A DNA stretch of 64,000 nt from an uncultured Anaerolineales bacterium. Its GTDB lineage: Bacteria; Chloroflexota; Anaerolineae; CG2-30-64-16. The notes under the pieces are model-generated. The model was not told where the DNA came from. It made no database searches and was given only the letters and a program-made list of their open reading frames with translations. The stretch spans positions 1,295 to 65,294 of the forward strand of contig CAZTMA010000001.1 in assembly GCA_964614645.1 (NCBI GenBank). The letters run 5' to 3'. Of the stretch, positions 27,835-37,501 are shown piece by piece (within the stretch, counting starts at the first letter, position 1; each line of letters opens with the position of its first letter). A program made the translations under genes and the position numbers.

Positions 27835-29883
27835 ATGTTCAAGAAATCCCTATGGCCCATCTTGTTGATCCTGGCGCTGGTCCTGTCCGCCTGCGGCGGC
27901 GCGGCCACGCCGGCCCCGGCGCCAGCCCCGGCCGCAGAAGAACCGGCTGCGGAAGCGCCGGCCGCTGAGGAACCTGCGGCTGAAGAACCGGCTGCTGAGG
28001 AACCTGCGGCGGAAGAACCCGCAGCAGAAGAACCCGCGGCTGCCACTGGCATGTATAAGGAATCCCCTGTCCTGGCCGAGAAGGTTGCGGCCGGCGAATT
28101 GCCCCCTGTGGATGAGCGTCTGCCCGAAGAGCCGATGGTTGTCGGCCCTGGCACGTACCTGACCGAAGAGAATCTGCCCAACTGGGAGCCCGGCGTCTAC
28201 GGCGGCACGCTCCGCTCTGCGCATGGCGTCGCCAACTGGTCGCCCGACATCTTCGTGATGGCCGACGAGCCGCTGGTCATGGCCCCGAAGATCGGTGACC
28301 AAGGCATTGTCGGCGCGGTCGTCAAGGACTTCACCGTCGAGAACGACAACAAGGACTTCACCTTCGTGCTCCGCAAGGGCCTGAAGTGGTCCGACGGTGT
28401 GCCGGTCACGACCGAGGATGTCCGCTTCACCTATGAGCAGATCATGCTCAATGAGAAGATCAACCCCATCTTCGCGGCCAAGTTCCGCAACGGCTTCAAG
28501 GCCGACGAAGAACCCATGACGCTGGAGGTCGTGGACGACTACACCTTCAAGGTCCACTTCACGAAGCCGTACGGTGGGTTCCTGCGTGCGCTGGCGATCG
28601 AAGGCTGGGTGGGCTACACCGACCTGATCAACCCGTCGCACTACCTGTCGAAATGGCATCCGGACACGAATCCCGACCTGCTGACCAGCGATGAGTACAA
28701 GGAAGCGGCCGAAACGATCAGCGTGACCGACGAGTGGTGGCAGGTCTTCGCACAGAAGCGCTGCCAGAACTGGGACCTGACCAACCCGCGCTGCGTGAAC
28801 TACCCGAGCCTCTACGCCTGGGTCGGCGTGCCGTCCGACAATGCCAGCCTGCTCACCTTTGAGCGCAACCCGTACTACTTCAAGGTTGACACCGAAGGCC
28901 AGCAGCTCCCGTACGTCGACCGCATTGTTTCCCAGCAGGTCGAGAACGTGGAAATGGTCAACATGAAGGTGTTGGCCGGCGAGGTGGACTTCCTGCGCGA
29001 GAGCACGGCCCTGGTGAAGATCCCGCTCTACAAGGAGAACGAGGAGAAGGCGGGTTTCAACACGGTCCTGCTTGACATGCACGTGGACTCCACTGGTCTG
29101 CGCCTCAACCAGACCTTCGACGATCCGGACTGGCAGGCTGCCGCGCGGGACATCCGCTTCCGCCAGGCCGTCAGCCTCGCCATCAACCGGCAGGAACTGA
29201 TCGACAGCATCTACTACGGCTATGCCAGCTTCCCGCTCACTACGGTCGGCGAGGAGTTCTCGACGTTCGATGTCGACAAGGCTAATGCGCTGCTCGACGA
29301 GATGGGCCTGACCGAGAAGGACGCCGATGGGTTCCGCAAGTACCCGAGCGGCAAGACCGTTGAAATCTTGCTGGAACACGGCGCACACGCGCCTGACCAG
29401 GGCCCGGCGGCTGACCTGACTGCGCAGTACCTGAAAGCGATCGGCATCAAGGTCACCGTGAAGCAGCTAGACTCCAACCTGTTCAGCGAGCGGTGGAATG
29501 CCAACCAGGTTCAGGCCACGGTGCACTGGAGTCACGATGTGGGCTGGGCCGGCGATATCACGCTGGGCAACTACCATCGCGCCGGCCGGCTCTGGGAAGT
29601 CTGGCGGACGTCCAACGGCGCGGACGGCGAGGAGCCGCCGGATTGGGCTAAGGAAGCCATCCAGATCGACGCGGACCGCTGGTCGGCCGTCCCCGGCACC
29701 GACGAGTACAACGGGTTGGTTGATGCCGGCCTCAAGTGGACGCGCGACAACCTGCCCTACATCAACTACGTTGAGGGCGTGAAGTACCCGATGATCGTCA
29801 ACAAGAAGATGGGCAACGTGCCCCAGGGTGGCTACGCCATCGGTTACAACTTCACCGGCCCGCAGATGTTCTTCAAGCCGTAA
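27835..29883 (+). CDS. ABC transporter substrate-binding lipoprotein, family 5, paralogue 2
   Basis: Same architecture as SBP1 (LVLSACGG, AEEP repeats, WSDG.PVTTEDV). ATG 27835 after a GGAGAAAAAGGAG site. Confidence 0.85.
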   Translation: MFKKSLWPILLILALVLSACGGAATPAPAPAPAAEEPAAEAPAAEEPAAEEPAAEEPAAEEPAAEEPAAATGMYKESPVLAEKVAAGELPPVDERLPEEPMVVGPGTYLTEENLPNWEPGVYGGTLRSAHGVANWSPDIFVMADEPLVMAPKIGDQGIVGAVVKDFTVENDNKDFTFVLRKGLKWSDGVPVTTEDVRFTYEQIMLNEKINPIFAAKFRNGFKADEEPMTLEVVDDYTFKVHFTKPYGGFLRALAIEGWVGYTDLINPSHYLSKWHPDTNPDLLTSDEYKEAAETISVTDEWWQVFAQKRCQNWDLTNPRCVNYPSLYAWVGVPSDNASLLTFERNPYYFKVDTEGQQLPYVDRIVSQQVENVEMVNMKVLAGEVDFLRESTALVKIPLYKENEEKAGFNTVLLDMHVDSTGLRLNQTFDDPDWQAAARDIRFRQAVSLAINRQELIDSIYYGYASFPLTTVGEEFSTFDVDKANALLDEMGLTEKDADGFRKYPSGKTVEILLEHGAHAPDQGPAADLTAQYLKAIGIKVTVKQLDSNLFSERWNANQVQATVHWSHDVGWAGDITLGNYHRAGRLWEVWRTSNGADGEEPPDWAKEAIQIDADRWSAVPGTDEYNGLVDAGLKWTRDNLPYINYVEGVKYPMIVNKKMGNVPQGGYAIGYNFTGPQMFFKP

Positions 29884-29895
29884 CAACAAAGGTTC

Positions 29896-29938
29896 GTAGT
29901 AGGCACTTCAGTGCCCCAGGCGCTGAAGCGCCTACTAC
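29896..29938 (+). terminator. Imperfect hairpin after SBP2
   Basis: gtagtaggcacttcagtgcc...ggcgctgaagcgcctactac. Confidence 0.4.
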
Positions 29939-30002
29939 CAACGGAAATCTCGAAATGGGCCGGCCGCCTGCAGGCGACCGGCCCGACGGCGGAGGAAATA
30001 CA

Positions 30003-31001
30003 GTGATAATTTACATTATACGCCGCCTTCTGATGCTGATCCCGATCCTGATACTGATGTCCATGGTGGCCTTCTTCCTGATCGAGCTGCCGCCGGGCGA
30101 CTATGTCAGCATGCGCATCACGCAGTTGGAGATGTCGGGCGTCCAGGTATCTGCTGATGAGGCGGCACGCTTGACCGTGCAGTATGGCCTGGACAAGCCG
30201 ATGCCGATTCGCTACTGGCGCTGGGTTTCAGGCATCGTACTACGCGGCAACTGGGGCTTTTCCTTGCAGTGGAACAAACCCGTCAACGAGATTCTGGCCG
30301 AGCGGGTGCCCATGACCATCCTGATTTCATTCTCGGCGCTGATTCTCTCATGGGCGATAGCGATTCCCATCGGCATCTACTCGGCGACGCACCAGTACTC
30401 TTTCCTGGACTACGTCTTTACGATTCTGGGATTTATAGGTGCGGCCACGCCGGGGTTCCTGCTGGCGCTCATCCTGGCCTGGCTGCTGTTCGCAAAGTTC
30501 GGCTTCTCGATGCTCGGCCTTTTCTCGAAAGAGTACCTGGAAGCCCCCTGGAGCATGGCCCGCGTCTGGGATCTGATTAAGCACATCTGGCTGCCGCTCA
30601 TCCTGGTCGGCCTGGGCAGCACGGCCTCCACCATCCGCGTGGTGCGCAACAATCTGCTCGACGAGCTCAACAAGCAATATGTGATTGCGGCGCGCTCCAA
30701 GGGCCTGTCCGAGTGGAAGCTGCTCATGAAGTACCCGGTGCGGCTGGCCATTAACCCGCTGCTCAGCACGGTCAGTTGGGTTCTGCCGGGGCTGGTCTCC
30801 GGCTCGGTCCTGATCGATATCGTTCTGAGCCTGCAGACGACCGGTCCGGTGCTGCTGCGGGCGACGCTGGCACAGGACATGTACCTGGCGGGCAGCATCG
30901 TGCTGATCCTGAGCGCCCTGACTGTCCTCGGCGCCCTGGTCGGTGACCTGTTGCTGGTCCTGGTAGATCCCCGCATTCGTTTCGGGAGGGCGGAAAAGTG
31001 A
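30003..31001 (+). CDS. ABC transporter permease (OppB/DppB-like)
   Basis: Begins VIIYIIRRLL. Contains the EAA-like loop region and 6 TM helices. GTG start after a GGAGGA site; the ORF-track start at 29955 is less likely. Confidence 0.8.
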   Translation: MIIYIIRRLLMLIPILILMSMVAFFLIELPPGDYVSMRITQLEMSGVQVSADEAARLTVQYGLDKPMPIRYWRWVSGIVLRGNWGFSLQWNKPVNEILAERVPMTILISFSALILSWAIAIPIGIYSATHQYSFLDYVFTILGFIGAATPGFLLALILAWLLFAKFGFSMLGLFSKEYLEAPWSMARVWDLIKHIWLPLILVGLGSTASTIRVVRNNLLDELNKQYVIAARSKGLSEWKLLMKYPVRLAINPLLSTVSWVLPGLVSGSVLIDIVLSLQTTGPVLLRATLAQDMYLAGSIVLILSALTVLGALVGDLLLVLVDPRIRFGRAEK

Positions 31002-32164
31002 GCACCCAAACACCCATCGCGGTCCCCCAGACTCCAGATGCACCTCCGGAGACGATCCTCGAGCCAGGACAGGCGGTGAAGGATGAGCGCTATTACTACG
31101 CGAGCCAGTGGCAGCTGATTCGCTGGCGTTTCTCGCGCCACAAGGCGGCCATGTTCTCCGTCTTTATGCTCGTCATCCTGTATATCCTGGCAATCTTTGC
31201 GGAGTTCTTCTCGCCTTACACGCCGGATACGCGCTTCGAAGGCTACCAGAGCGCGCCGCCCACGCCGATCCACTGGATCAAGCCCGACGGCGGCGGCTTC
31301 GGCCCGTACGTGTTCGACACGGTGCGCGAGCTCGATACGGAAACCTTCAAGTACATCTACCAGCCGGACGAGACAAAGGTGATCCCTCTCAAGTTCTTCA
31401 TCCGGGGGGAGCCATACAAGCTGCTCGGGTTTATCCGCACGAACGTGCACCTGTTCGGCGTCGAGGAGGGCCGGGTCCTGCTCTTCGGCTCGGACCGGCT
31501 GGCGCGTGATGTGTTTACGCGGACGCTCCACGGCGCGCGCATCTCGCTGTCCATCGGCCTGGTGGGCGTGTTCATCAGCTTCGTGCTGGGTGTGCTCCTG
31601 GGCGGGATTTCGGGCTACTTCGGCGGGGTGGTGGACGACATCATCCAGCGCGTGATCGACTTCCTGATCGCGATCCCGGGCCTGCCCCTGTGGATGACGC
31701 TCTCCGCCGCGCTCCCGCGGGACTGGCCCACACTTAAGCTGTACTTCGCGATTACCATTATTCTGTCCATCCTCGGCTGGACCGGCCTGGCCCGCGTCGT
31801 GCGCGGCAAGATGCTGGCCCTGCGCGAGGAGGATTATACGCTGGCCGCGCGCGGCGCGGGCGCCAGCGCTTGGCGCATCATCACGCGCCACCTGCTGCCC
31901 GGCTTCACGAGCCACCTGATTGTGTCGATCACCTTCAATATCCCGGGCATGATTCTGAGCGAGACAGCCCTGAGCTTCATCGGCGTCGGCATCCAGCCGC
32001 CGGCTGTGAGTTGGGGCACGCTGCTGCAGGATGCGCAGAATCTGACGGCGGTTGCGCAGCAGACCTGGCTCATGATCCCCGCGCTCTTCGTGATTGCGAC
32101 GGTGCTGTTCTTCAACTTCGTCGGCGACGGCCTGCGCGATGCGGCCGATCCGTATTCGCGCTAG
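30998..32164 (+). CDS. ABC transporter permease (OppC/DppC-like)
   Basis: N-terminal extension then the BPD_transp_1 core. 4-nt overlap with the previous gene. Confidence 0.85.
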   Translation: MSTQTPIAVPQTPDAPPETILEPGQAVKDERYYYASQWQLIRWRFSRHKAAMFSVFMLVILYILAIFAEFFSPYTPDTRFEGYQSAPPTPIHWIKPDGGGFGPYVFDTVRELDTETFKYIYQPDETKVIPLKFFIRGEPYKLLGFIRTNVHLFGVEEGRVLLFGSDRLARDVFTRTLHGARISLSIGLVGVFISFVLGVLLGGISGYFGGVVDDIIQRVIDFLIAIPGLPLWMTLSAALPRDWPTLKLYFAITIILSILGWTGLARVVRGKMLALREEDYTLAARGAGASAWRIITRHLLPGFTSHLIVSITFNIPGMILSETALSFIGVGIQPPAVSWGTLLQDAQNLTAVAQQTWLMIPALFVIATVLFFNFVGDGLRDAADPYSR

Positions 32165-32176
32165 AGGGGGAATCGT

Positions 32177-33199
32177 ATGACAGACACAGCTAACCTGTTC
32201 CTGGAAGTAGAGAACCTCAAGACCTACTTCTTCCTCCATGAAGGCACGGTCAAAGCCGTCGATGGCGTGAGCTTCAACCTGTACAAGGGCAAGTCCCTCG
32301 GCGTGATCGGCGAGAGCGGCTGCGGCAAGTCCGTGACCGCGCACTCGATCCTGCGCCTGGTGCCGAGCCCGCCCGGCCGCGAGGTGGAGGGCAAGATTTT
32401 GATGCACCTCCACGAAGGCAGCAACGGCAGCTACAGCGAAGAAATCGTCGACACCCTCAAGCTGGAGCGCAATGGGCCCAAGATGCGCAGCATCCGGGGC
32501 AAGGAAGTCGGCATGATCTTCCAGGAGCCGATGACCTCCTTCAGCCCCGTGCACACCATCGGCAGCCAGATCATGGAGAACCTGGTCATCCACACTCCAA
32601 ACATCTCAAAGAAGGAAGCGCGCGAACGCACCATCGAGATGTTGCAACGTGTAGGCATCGCCCGGGCGAACCAGTTGGTGGACGCCTACCCGCACCAGTT
32701 CAGCGGCGGCATGCGCCAGCGGGCCATGATTGCCATGGCGCTCATCTGTGGCCCGAGCATGTTGATCGGCGACGAGCCGACGACTGCCCTGGACGTGACC
32801 ATCGCGGCGCAGATTCTGGACCTCATCAATGACCTGCAGTCCGAGTTCAACATGGCGCTGATGTACATCAGCCATGACCTGGCCGTGGTCGGCGAGATGT
32901 CCGACGAGATCATGGTGATGTACCTGGGCCTGGTGATGGAGCACGCCAGCACGGACGAAATCTTCGACAACCCGCTGCATCCGTACACGCTGGCACTCTG
33001 GCGCTCGATTCCGACCATCGAGGGCAAGCTGGAGCGGCTCGTGCCTATCAGCGGTACGCTGCCCAGCCCGTTCGCCCATGTGCCGGGCTGTCCCTTCTTC
33101 TCGCGCTGCGAGCGGCGCAAGCCGGGAATCTGTGATGCGGCGTTGCCGCCCTTGAAAGAAGTCGCGCCCGGACATTTTGTGCGCTGCGTGTTGTATTAG
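32177..33199 (+). CDS. ABC transporter ATP-binding protein (OppD/DppD-like)
   Basis: GESGCGKS, FSGGMRQR, LIGDEPTTALD, plus a C-terminal oligopeptide-ABC Cys-rich tail. Confidence 0.9.
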   Translation: MTDTANLFLEVENLKTYFFLHEGTVKAVDGVSFNLYKGKSLGVIGESGCGKSVTAHSILRLVPSPPGREVEGKILMHLHEGSNGSYSEEIVDTLKLERNGPKMRSIRGKEVGMIFQEPMTSFSPVHTIGSQIMENLVIHTPNISKKEARERTIEMLQRVGIARANQLVDAYPHQFSGGMRQRAMIAMALICGPSMLIGDEPTTALDVTIAAQILDLINDLQSEFNMALMYISHDLAVVGEMSDEIMVMYLGLVMEHASTDEIFDNPLHPYTLALWRSIPTIEGKLERLVPISGTLPSPFAHVPGCPFFSRCERRKPGICDAALPPLKEVAPGHFVRCVLY

Positions 33200-33203
33200 A
33201 GGC

Positions 33204-34238
33204 ATGAACCGTATGACCAACCAATCACAATCGCCATTGCTGGAGGTCCAGGACCTCAAGAAATACTTCTACGGTCATCGGGGTTTCATCAAGCGCGAGA
33301 TGGTGACCGTGAAGGCGGTGGACGGCGTCAACCTGCAAGTGCAGGCCGGCGAGACGCTGGGCATCGTCGGTGAGAGCGGCTCGGGCAAGACGACGCTCGG
33401 CCGCTGCATCACCCGGCTGTACGAGCCGACCGGCGGCAAGGTCTACCTGAACGACGAGAGCGGCAAGGTCTCCGTTCTCGAGCTGCAAGGTGATGACCTC
33501 AAGAAGTTCCGCCGCAAGGCGCAGACCATCTTCCAGGACCCCTACTCGTCGCTCAATCCCCGCATGAACGTCCTGCAGACGGTGGGCGAACCGCTCCTGG
33601 TGAACAACCTCGCCAGGGGCAAGGAGATCGAGGAGCGGGTGACGGAGACCATCCTGCAGGTGGGGCTGCGTGTAGAGCACCTGCAGCGCTATCCTCACAG
33701 CTTCAGCGGCGGCCAGCGCCAACGCATCGGCATCGCCCGCGCGTTGGTCTTGCAGCCGAAGCTGATCGTGGCCGATGAGCCCGTGTCCGCGCTGGATGTG
33801 TCCATCCAGGCGCAGGTGCTGAACCTGCTGATGGACCTCCAGCAGAAGTATCAGCTCACCTACTTGTTCATCTCCCACGCCATGAGCGTGGTGCGCTACA
33901 TCAGCGACCGCATCGCCGTGATGTATGCCGGCAAGCTGGTGGAGCTGGGGCCGAAGACCGAACTGCTGGAAAACCCGCGCCACCCGTACACCGAGGTGCT
34001 GCTGGCCGCAGTCCCGCGCACGGCGGAGCGGCATCGCGGCAAGCGGAACGTCACGCCCGGCGAGCCGCCGGACCTGGCGAATCTGCCCAAGGGCTGCGTG
34101 TTCATGCCGCGCTGCAAGTATGCCCAGGATATCTGTCGGGAGGAAGCCCCGCAGCTCAGGCAGGTGGGGACCAACCTGGCAAGCTGTCACTTTGCCGACT
34201 CGCTTCAGCTTCAGGGTCTCAGGGTAGAAAAGGCATGA
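33204..34238 (+). CDS. ABC transporter ATP-binding protein (OppF/DppF-like)
   Basis: GESGSGKTT, FSGGQRQR, IVADEPVSALD. Start taken at ATG 33204 (MNRMTNQ...). Confidence 0.9.
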   Translation: MNRMTNQSQSPLLEVQDLKKYFYGHRGFIKREMVTVKAVDGVNLQVQAGETLGIVGESGSGKTTLGRCITRLYEPTGGKVYLNDESGKVSVLELQGDDLKKFRRKAQTIFQDPYSSLNPRMNVLQTVGEPLLVNNLARGKEIEERVTETILQVGLRVEHLQRYPHSFSGGQRQRIGIARALVLQPKLIVADEPVSALDVSIQAQVLNLLMDLQQKYQLTYLFISHAMSVVRYISDRIAVMYAGKLVELGPKTELLENPRHPYTEVLLAAVPRTAERHRGKRNVTPGEPPDLANLPKGCVFMPRCKYAQDICREEAPQLRQVGTNLASCHFADSLQLQGLRVEKA

Positions 34239-34257
34239 GTCGATTGACGATTGAGGT

Positions 34258-34728
34258 ATGATGCGGCAAGTCCCGAAATATGCCCTGGCCTACCTGTTGT
34301 GGGCCGTAACCATCGCACTCGGGTTCTATGTAATCAATACGGTTCGCCAGACGGTCATCGGACTTATGGACCTCTCCCGCCAGGGCGCGGCCGATGTGGA
34401 CCAGTTCAGCCGGCTGATGCAGCGCAACGCTGTCGACCGGTTCGGCGTCGTAATCATGGGTCTCGTGTTGTTGATCGTGATCATTACGGCGGAGCACCTG
34501 TATCGGACAGGTGTGGCACGCGGGACGCTGGCACGCAGCTTCTTCCTGATTACGGCCATCGAACTCGGTGTACTGTTCGTGTTCGATCTGATATTCTACA
34601 TTGCTGCGCTGAGCGCCGGCATCCTGACCCTGGCGGCCGGTTGGATCCAGTTGGTGGAATTCGCCTTGCTGGTGCTGTTCATCTGGCTCTACCGCCGCGA
34701 GAAAGCCAAGCCAGTCTCGTACATCTGA
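34258..34728 (+). CDS. Small 4-TM membrane protein, unknown function
   Basis: 156 aa and hydrophobic throughout. Confidence 0.5.
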   Translation: MMRQVPKYALAYLLWAVTIALGFYVINTVRQTVIGLMDLSRQGAADVDQFSRLMQRNAVDRFGVVIMGLVLLIVIITAEHLYRTGVARGTLARSFFLITAIELGVLFVFDLIFYIAALSAGILTLAAGWIQLVEFALLVLFIWLYRREKAKPVSYI

Positions 34729-34752
34729 GACTGTCTGTCATGGGAGCCTTGT

Positions 34753-34778
34753 GCAGGACGACCACCTGGTCGTCCTGC
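34753..34778. terminator. Perfect palindrome hairpin terminator
   Basis: gcaggacgacca-cc-tggtcgtcctgc. Confidence 0.5.
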
Positions 34779-34807
34779 ATGACTTTCAGGATTCTTATCA
34801 CGTGACT

Positions 34808-34877
34808 GGAGTCGAGGCTTTAGCCGGTTTGGATGTGAACGCATACAGCCAGACTAACCGGCTAAAGCCTCGACTCC
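34808..34877. repeat. Long perfect inverted repeat (22-bp stem, 26-nt loop)
   Basis: ggagtcgaggctttagccggtt ... aaccggctaaagcctcgactcc. Confidence 0.6.
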
Positions 34878-34913
34878 AATCTGCCACCTGGCATCACATT
34901 TGGAAACCCTCGT

Positions 34914-36581
34914 ATGACCTTGGCTCACCTGGCAGACAGCCGCGCAGGGCGCCGGTTGCCTTCCTTGCTGTTCGGGCTCGTCCTGGCAGCGTTGTTTGCA
35001 TTGGGCCTCTGGTTCCTCACCCTGCAGCTCAAGTCGGGCGCGAACTTCTACGATGAAGGGTTGATTCTGCTGAACGCGGAGCGGATCACCCTGGGCGAGC
35101 TGCCTTACCGGGACTATTGGACCCTCTACTCCCCAGGCTACTTCTATCTCGTCGCGGGCGCGTTCGAGCTGGCCGGGCCGAACATGCTCGTGGCGCGCTA
35201 CCTCGACATCGCGCTGCGCTTCCTCCTCACGCTGGAGGTGTACGTCTTGGCGCGCCGCCTGACCGGGCGCGAGGCTGCGCTGATCCCTTGGGCCTTCGTG
35301 ACGCTCTGGCTCGGCACGATCCGCTTCTATTCGTACCCCGCCTTTCCGGCGACCGCCGCCATCCTGCTCGTGATGCTCCTGTTGCACCGTTACCTCGCCG
35401 GCGGCGCGCGATCAACGCGGTGGCTGGCGCTGGCAGGCGTGGCGGTTGGCGTGACCGCGCTGCTTCGGCTGGACTTCGGCGGATACGTGGGCATCGGTGC
35501 AGCGGCCGGCGTTGCGGCCTACGAACTGCGCCGGGTTAGCACTGGCGAAGATTCCTGGCGCGGGCGGCTGGCCACGCTGATGCGGGCGGAGGGGCTGCTC
35601 GTGGCAGCCGCGCTCGTCACGGCGCTGCCGCTGTATCTCTACCTGGCAAGCAAGGCCGGGTTTGGTACGCTCTGGCAGGACCTGATCGTGTTCCCGGCGA
35701 CAACGTTCCGCGCGGCGCGCTACCTGCCCGTGCCCGCACCTGTCCCTGATTTCGCCAACCTGTCCGGCCCGCAGTGGGAGGACTGGGTGCGGCTTTACGT
35801 GCCCATCCTGACCTATGTCGTGGGGCTGGTGGTTGCTGCGTATGGCCTGCTGCGCCGGGATGAGGGGGCTGCGCTGCGCGTGCCGCGGGCTGCATCGTAC
35901 CTGGCGCTGACCGGCGCGGGGCTGGGGCTGGTGGTCAAGGCGACCTCTCGCTACCACGAGCTGCACGCGCTGCCGACCGCAATCGTGGCCGCAGTGCTCG
36001 CGACGGCCCTGCTGTACCGGCTGCCCGCGCGCTGGTGGCGGTCAGGCGTGCTGCCGGTCGTCCTGGCTGGGCTGGCCTTCCTGCTCCTGCTGAACCCTTA
36101 CGTGCTGCACTTTACCGAGATGCTCGACCAGTCCGCGCAATACACGCGCACCGGCTGCTATTCGGAGGTGGCGCGCGCCGGCTGCATCCCGTTGACGCAG
36201 GACCAGGAGCAGGCCGTGTTGTTCTTGCAGCGCCGCGCCGCGCCCGACGACTACATCTACGTCGGCACGCACCGGCACGATGAGATCTTCGCCAACGATG
36301 TGCTGTTCTACTTCCTGGCCGGGCAGCGCGCCGCAACGAAATACACCGAGCTGCATCCTGGCCTGGCGAACACCCTGCCTGTGCAGCAAGAGATTGCCGG
36401 TGAGCTGCAGGCAAAGGATGTGCGCTGGGTCGTGACGTATCGCATCTGGGACTCGAACGAGCCGAACACCAGCGCCGAGAGCACCGGTGTCAACTACCTG
36501 GACGACATCATCCGGGAGCATTACCGCTCGGTCGTCACCTTGGGCAACTACCAGATTTGGGAGCGGCGAGGCAACGGATAG
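34914..36581 (+). CDS. Polytopic membrane protein, probable GT-C fold glycosyltransferase or related
   Basis: N-terminal TM helix followed by NFYDEGL (DE motif). More than 10 TM helices and a C-terminal soluble domain. Confidence 0.5.
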   Translation: MTLAHLADSRAGRRLPSLLFGLVLAALFALGLWFLTLQLKSGANFYDEGLILLNAERITLGELPYRDYWTLYSPGYFYLVAGAFELAGPNMLVARYLDIALRFLLTLEVYVLARRLTGREAALIPWAFVTLWLGTIRFYSYPAFPATAAILLVMLLLHRYLAGGARSTRWLALAGVAVGVTALLRLDFGGYVGIGAAAGVAAYELRRVSTGEDSWRGRLATLMRAEGLLVAAALVTALPLYLYLASKAGFGTLWQDLIVFPATTFRAARYLPVPAPVPDFANLSGPQWEDWVRLYVPILTYVVGLVVAAYGLLRRDEGAALRVPRAASYLALTGAGLGLVVKATSRYHELHALPTAIVAAVLATALLYRLPARWWRSGVLPVVLAGLAFLLLLNPYVLHFTEMLDQSAQYTRTGCYSEVARAGCIPLTQDQEQAVLFLQRRAAPDDYIYVGTHRHDEIFANDVLFYFLAGQRAATKYTELHPGLANTLPVQQEIAGELQAKDVRWVVTYRIWDSNEPNTSAESTGVNYLDDIIREHYRSVVTLGNYQIWERRGNG

Positions 36582-36654
36582 ACACAGATAAACGGATGAC
36601 TACTGCGGGCCCACGACCTGTATCCGTTTATCCGGAGCGAAGGGCAGTGCGCCT

Positions 36655-37416
36655 TTATCCGTTGCCGCGGGCCTCGATCAGGTACTTCCATGCGACGAAG
36701 CGCAGCTCACCCTCGGCTTCGACCCGTTCCTGCAGCGCGAACAGGTGACGTTGGTGCGTTGAGACGCTGAAGCCGGGCACGGTCCACGGCACGGCCTTCA
36801 GGTAATAGACGAGCGCGGCGACGTCCGTGAAGCGCAGGACGCCCTGCCACTCCTGCACGTCGGTGATGGTCAGCCCCGCGGCCTGCAACTGCGGCACGTA
36901 CTTGGCGGGCGTCGCGTCGGGCCATTCCGGCGTCGCATCGAAGGCGGCGATCAGGTCCCACGCGTACAGGCCGTGCACCTGTTGGGTGAGAAATGTCCCG
37001 TGCGGGGAGAGGCAGCGGGCCACCTCCGCCGGGTTGAACGCGGCATGCCGGTTGAGGATCAGGTCGAATTCGGCATCTGCGAACGGCATGGGATCGTCGT
37101 CGGTCAGGTGGACCGGAATGACCTGCACGCCCAGCGGTTCGAGCCGCTGCCGGGCGAGCGCGAGGTTGGGCGGATACTCCTCGGTCGCGAGGAGGCGCGG
37201 CGGCCAGTGCGGCCGCAGCACGAGCAGGCGCTCGCCGCCGCCAGTGTCCAGGTCCACGGCGGTGGCGGCTGTGTCCATCAATGCCGCTGCCCGCTCCATG
37301 TAATCCCAGGGCGTCTCTTCCTCGATCATGCGCCCGTCGAGATAGGCGAAGTCCCACCCTGCGAAGGGTTTGTGTTCTTCACCGGTCCAATATGCGAGCA
37401 ATTCTTCCTGGTTCAT
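36655..37416 (-). CDS. Class I SAM-dependent methyltransferase
   Basis: Motif I VDLDTGGGERL, about 250 aa. Confidence 0.8.
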   Translation of the reverse strand: MNQEELLAYWTGEEHKPFAGWDFAYLDGRMIEEETPWDYMERAAALMDTAATAVDLDTGGGERLLVLRPHWPPRLLATEEYPPNLALARQRLEPLGVQVIPVHLTDDDPMPFADAEFDLILNRHAAFNPAEVARCLSPHGTFLTQQVHGLYAWDLIAAFDATPEWPDATPAKYVPQLQAAGLTITDVQEWQGVLRFTDVAALVYYLKAVPWTVPGFSVSTHQRHLFALQERVEAEGELRFVAWKYLIEARGNG

Positions 37417-37501
37417 CGCGGCTCATTTCTCTTGCATCATTGCTTACCGGAAAATCATGCTGCTTATTATTGCGAAGCTGGCACCAAGCTCTACCACTAT
37501 T

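Noticed and set aside
30410-32593. 727-aa antisense ORF across the opp permease genes
   Set aside because: It overlaps two ABC permease genes with canonical topology. No ribosome-binding site or domains.
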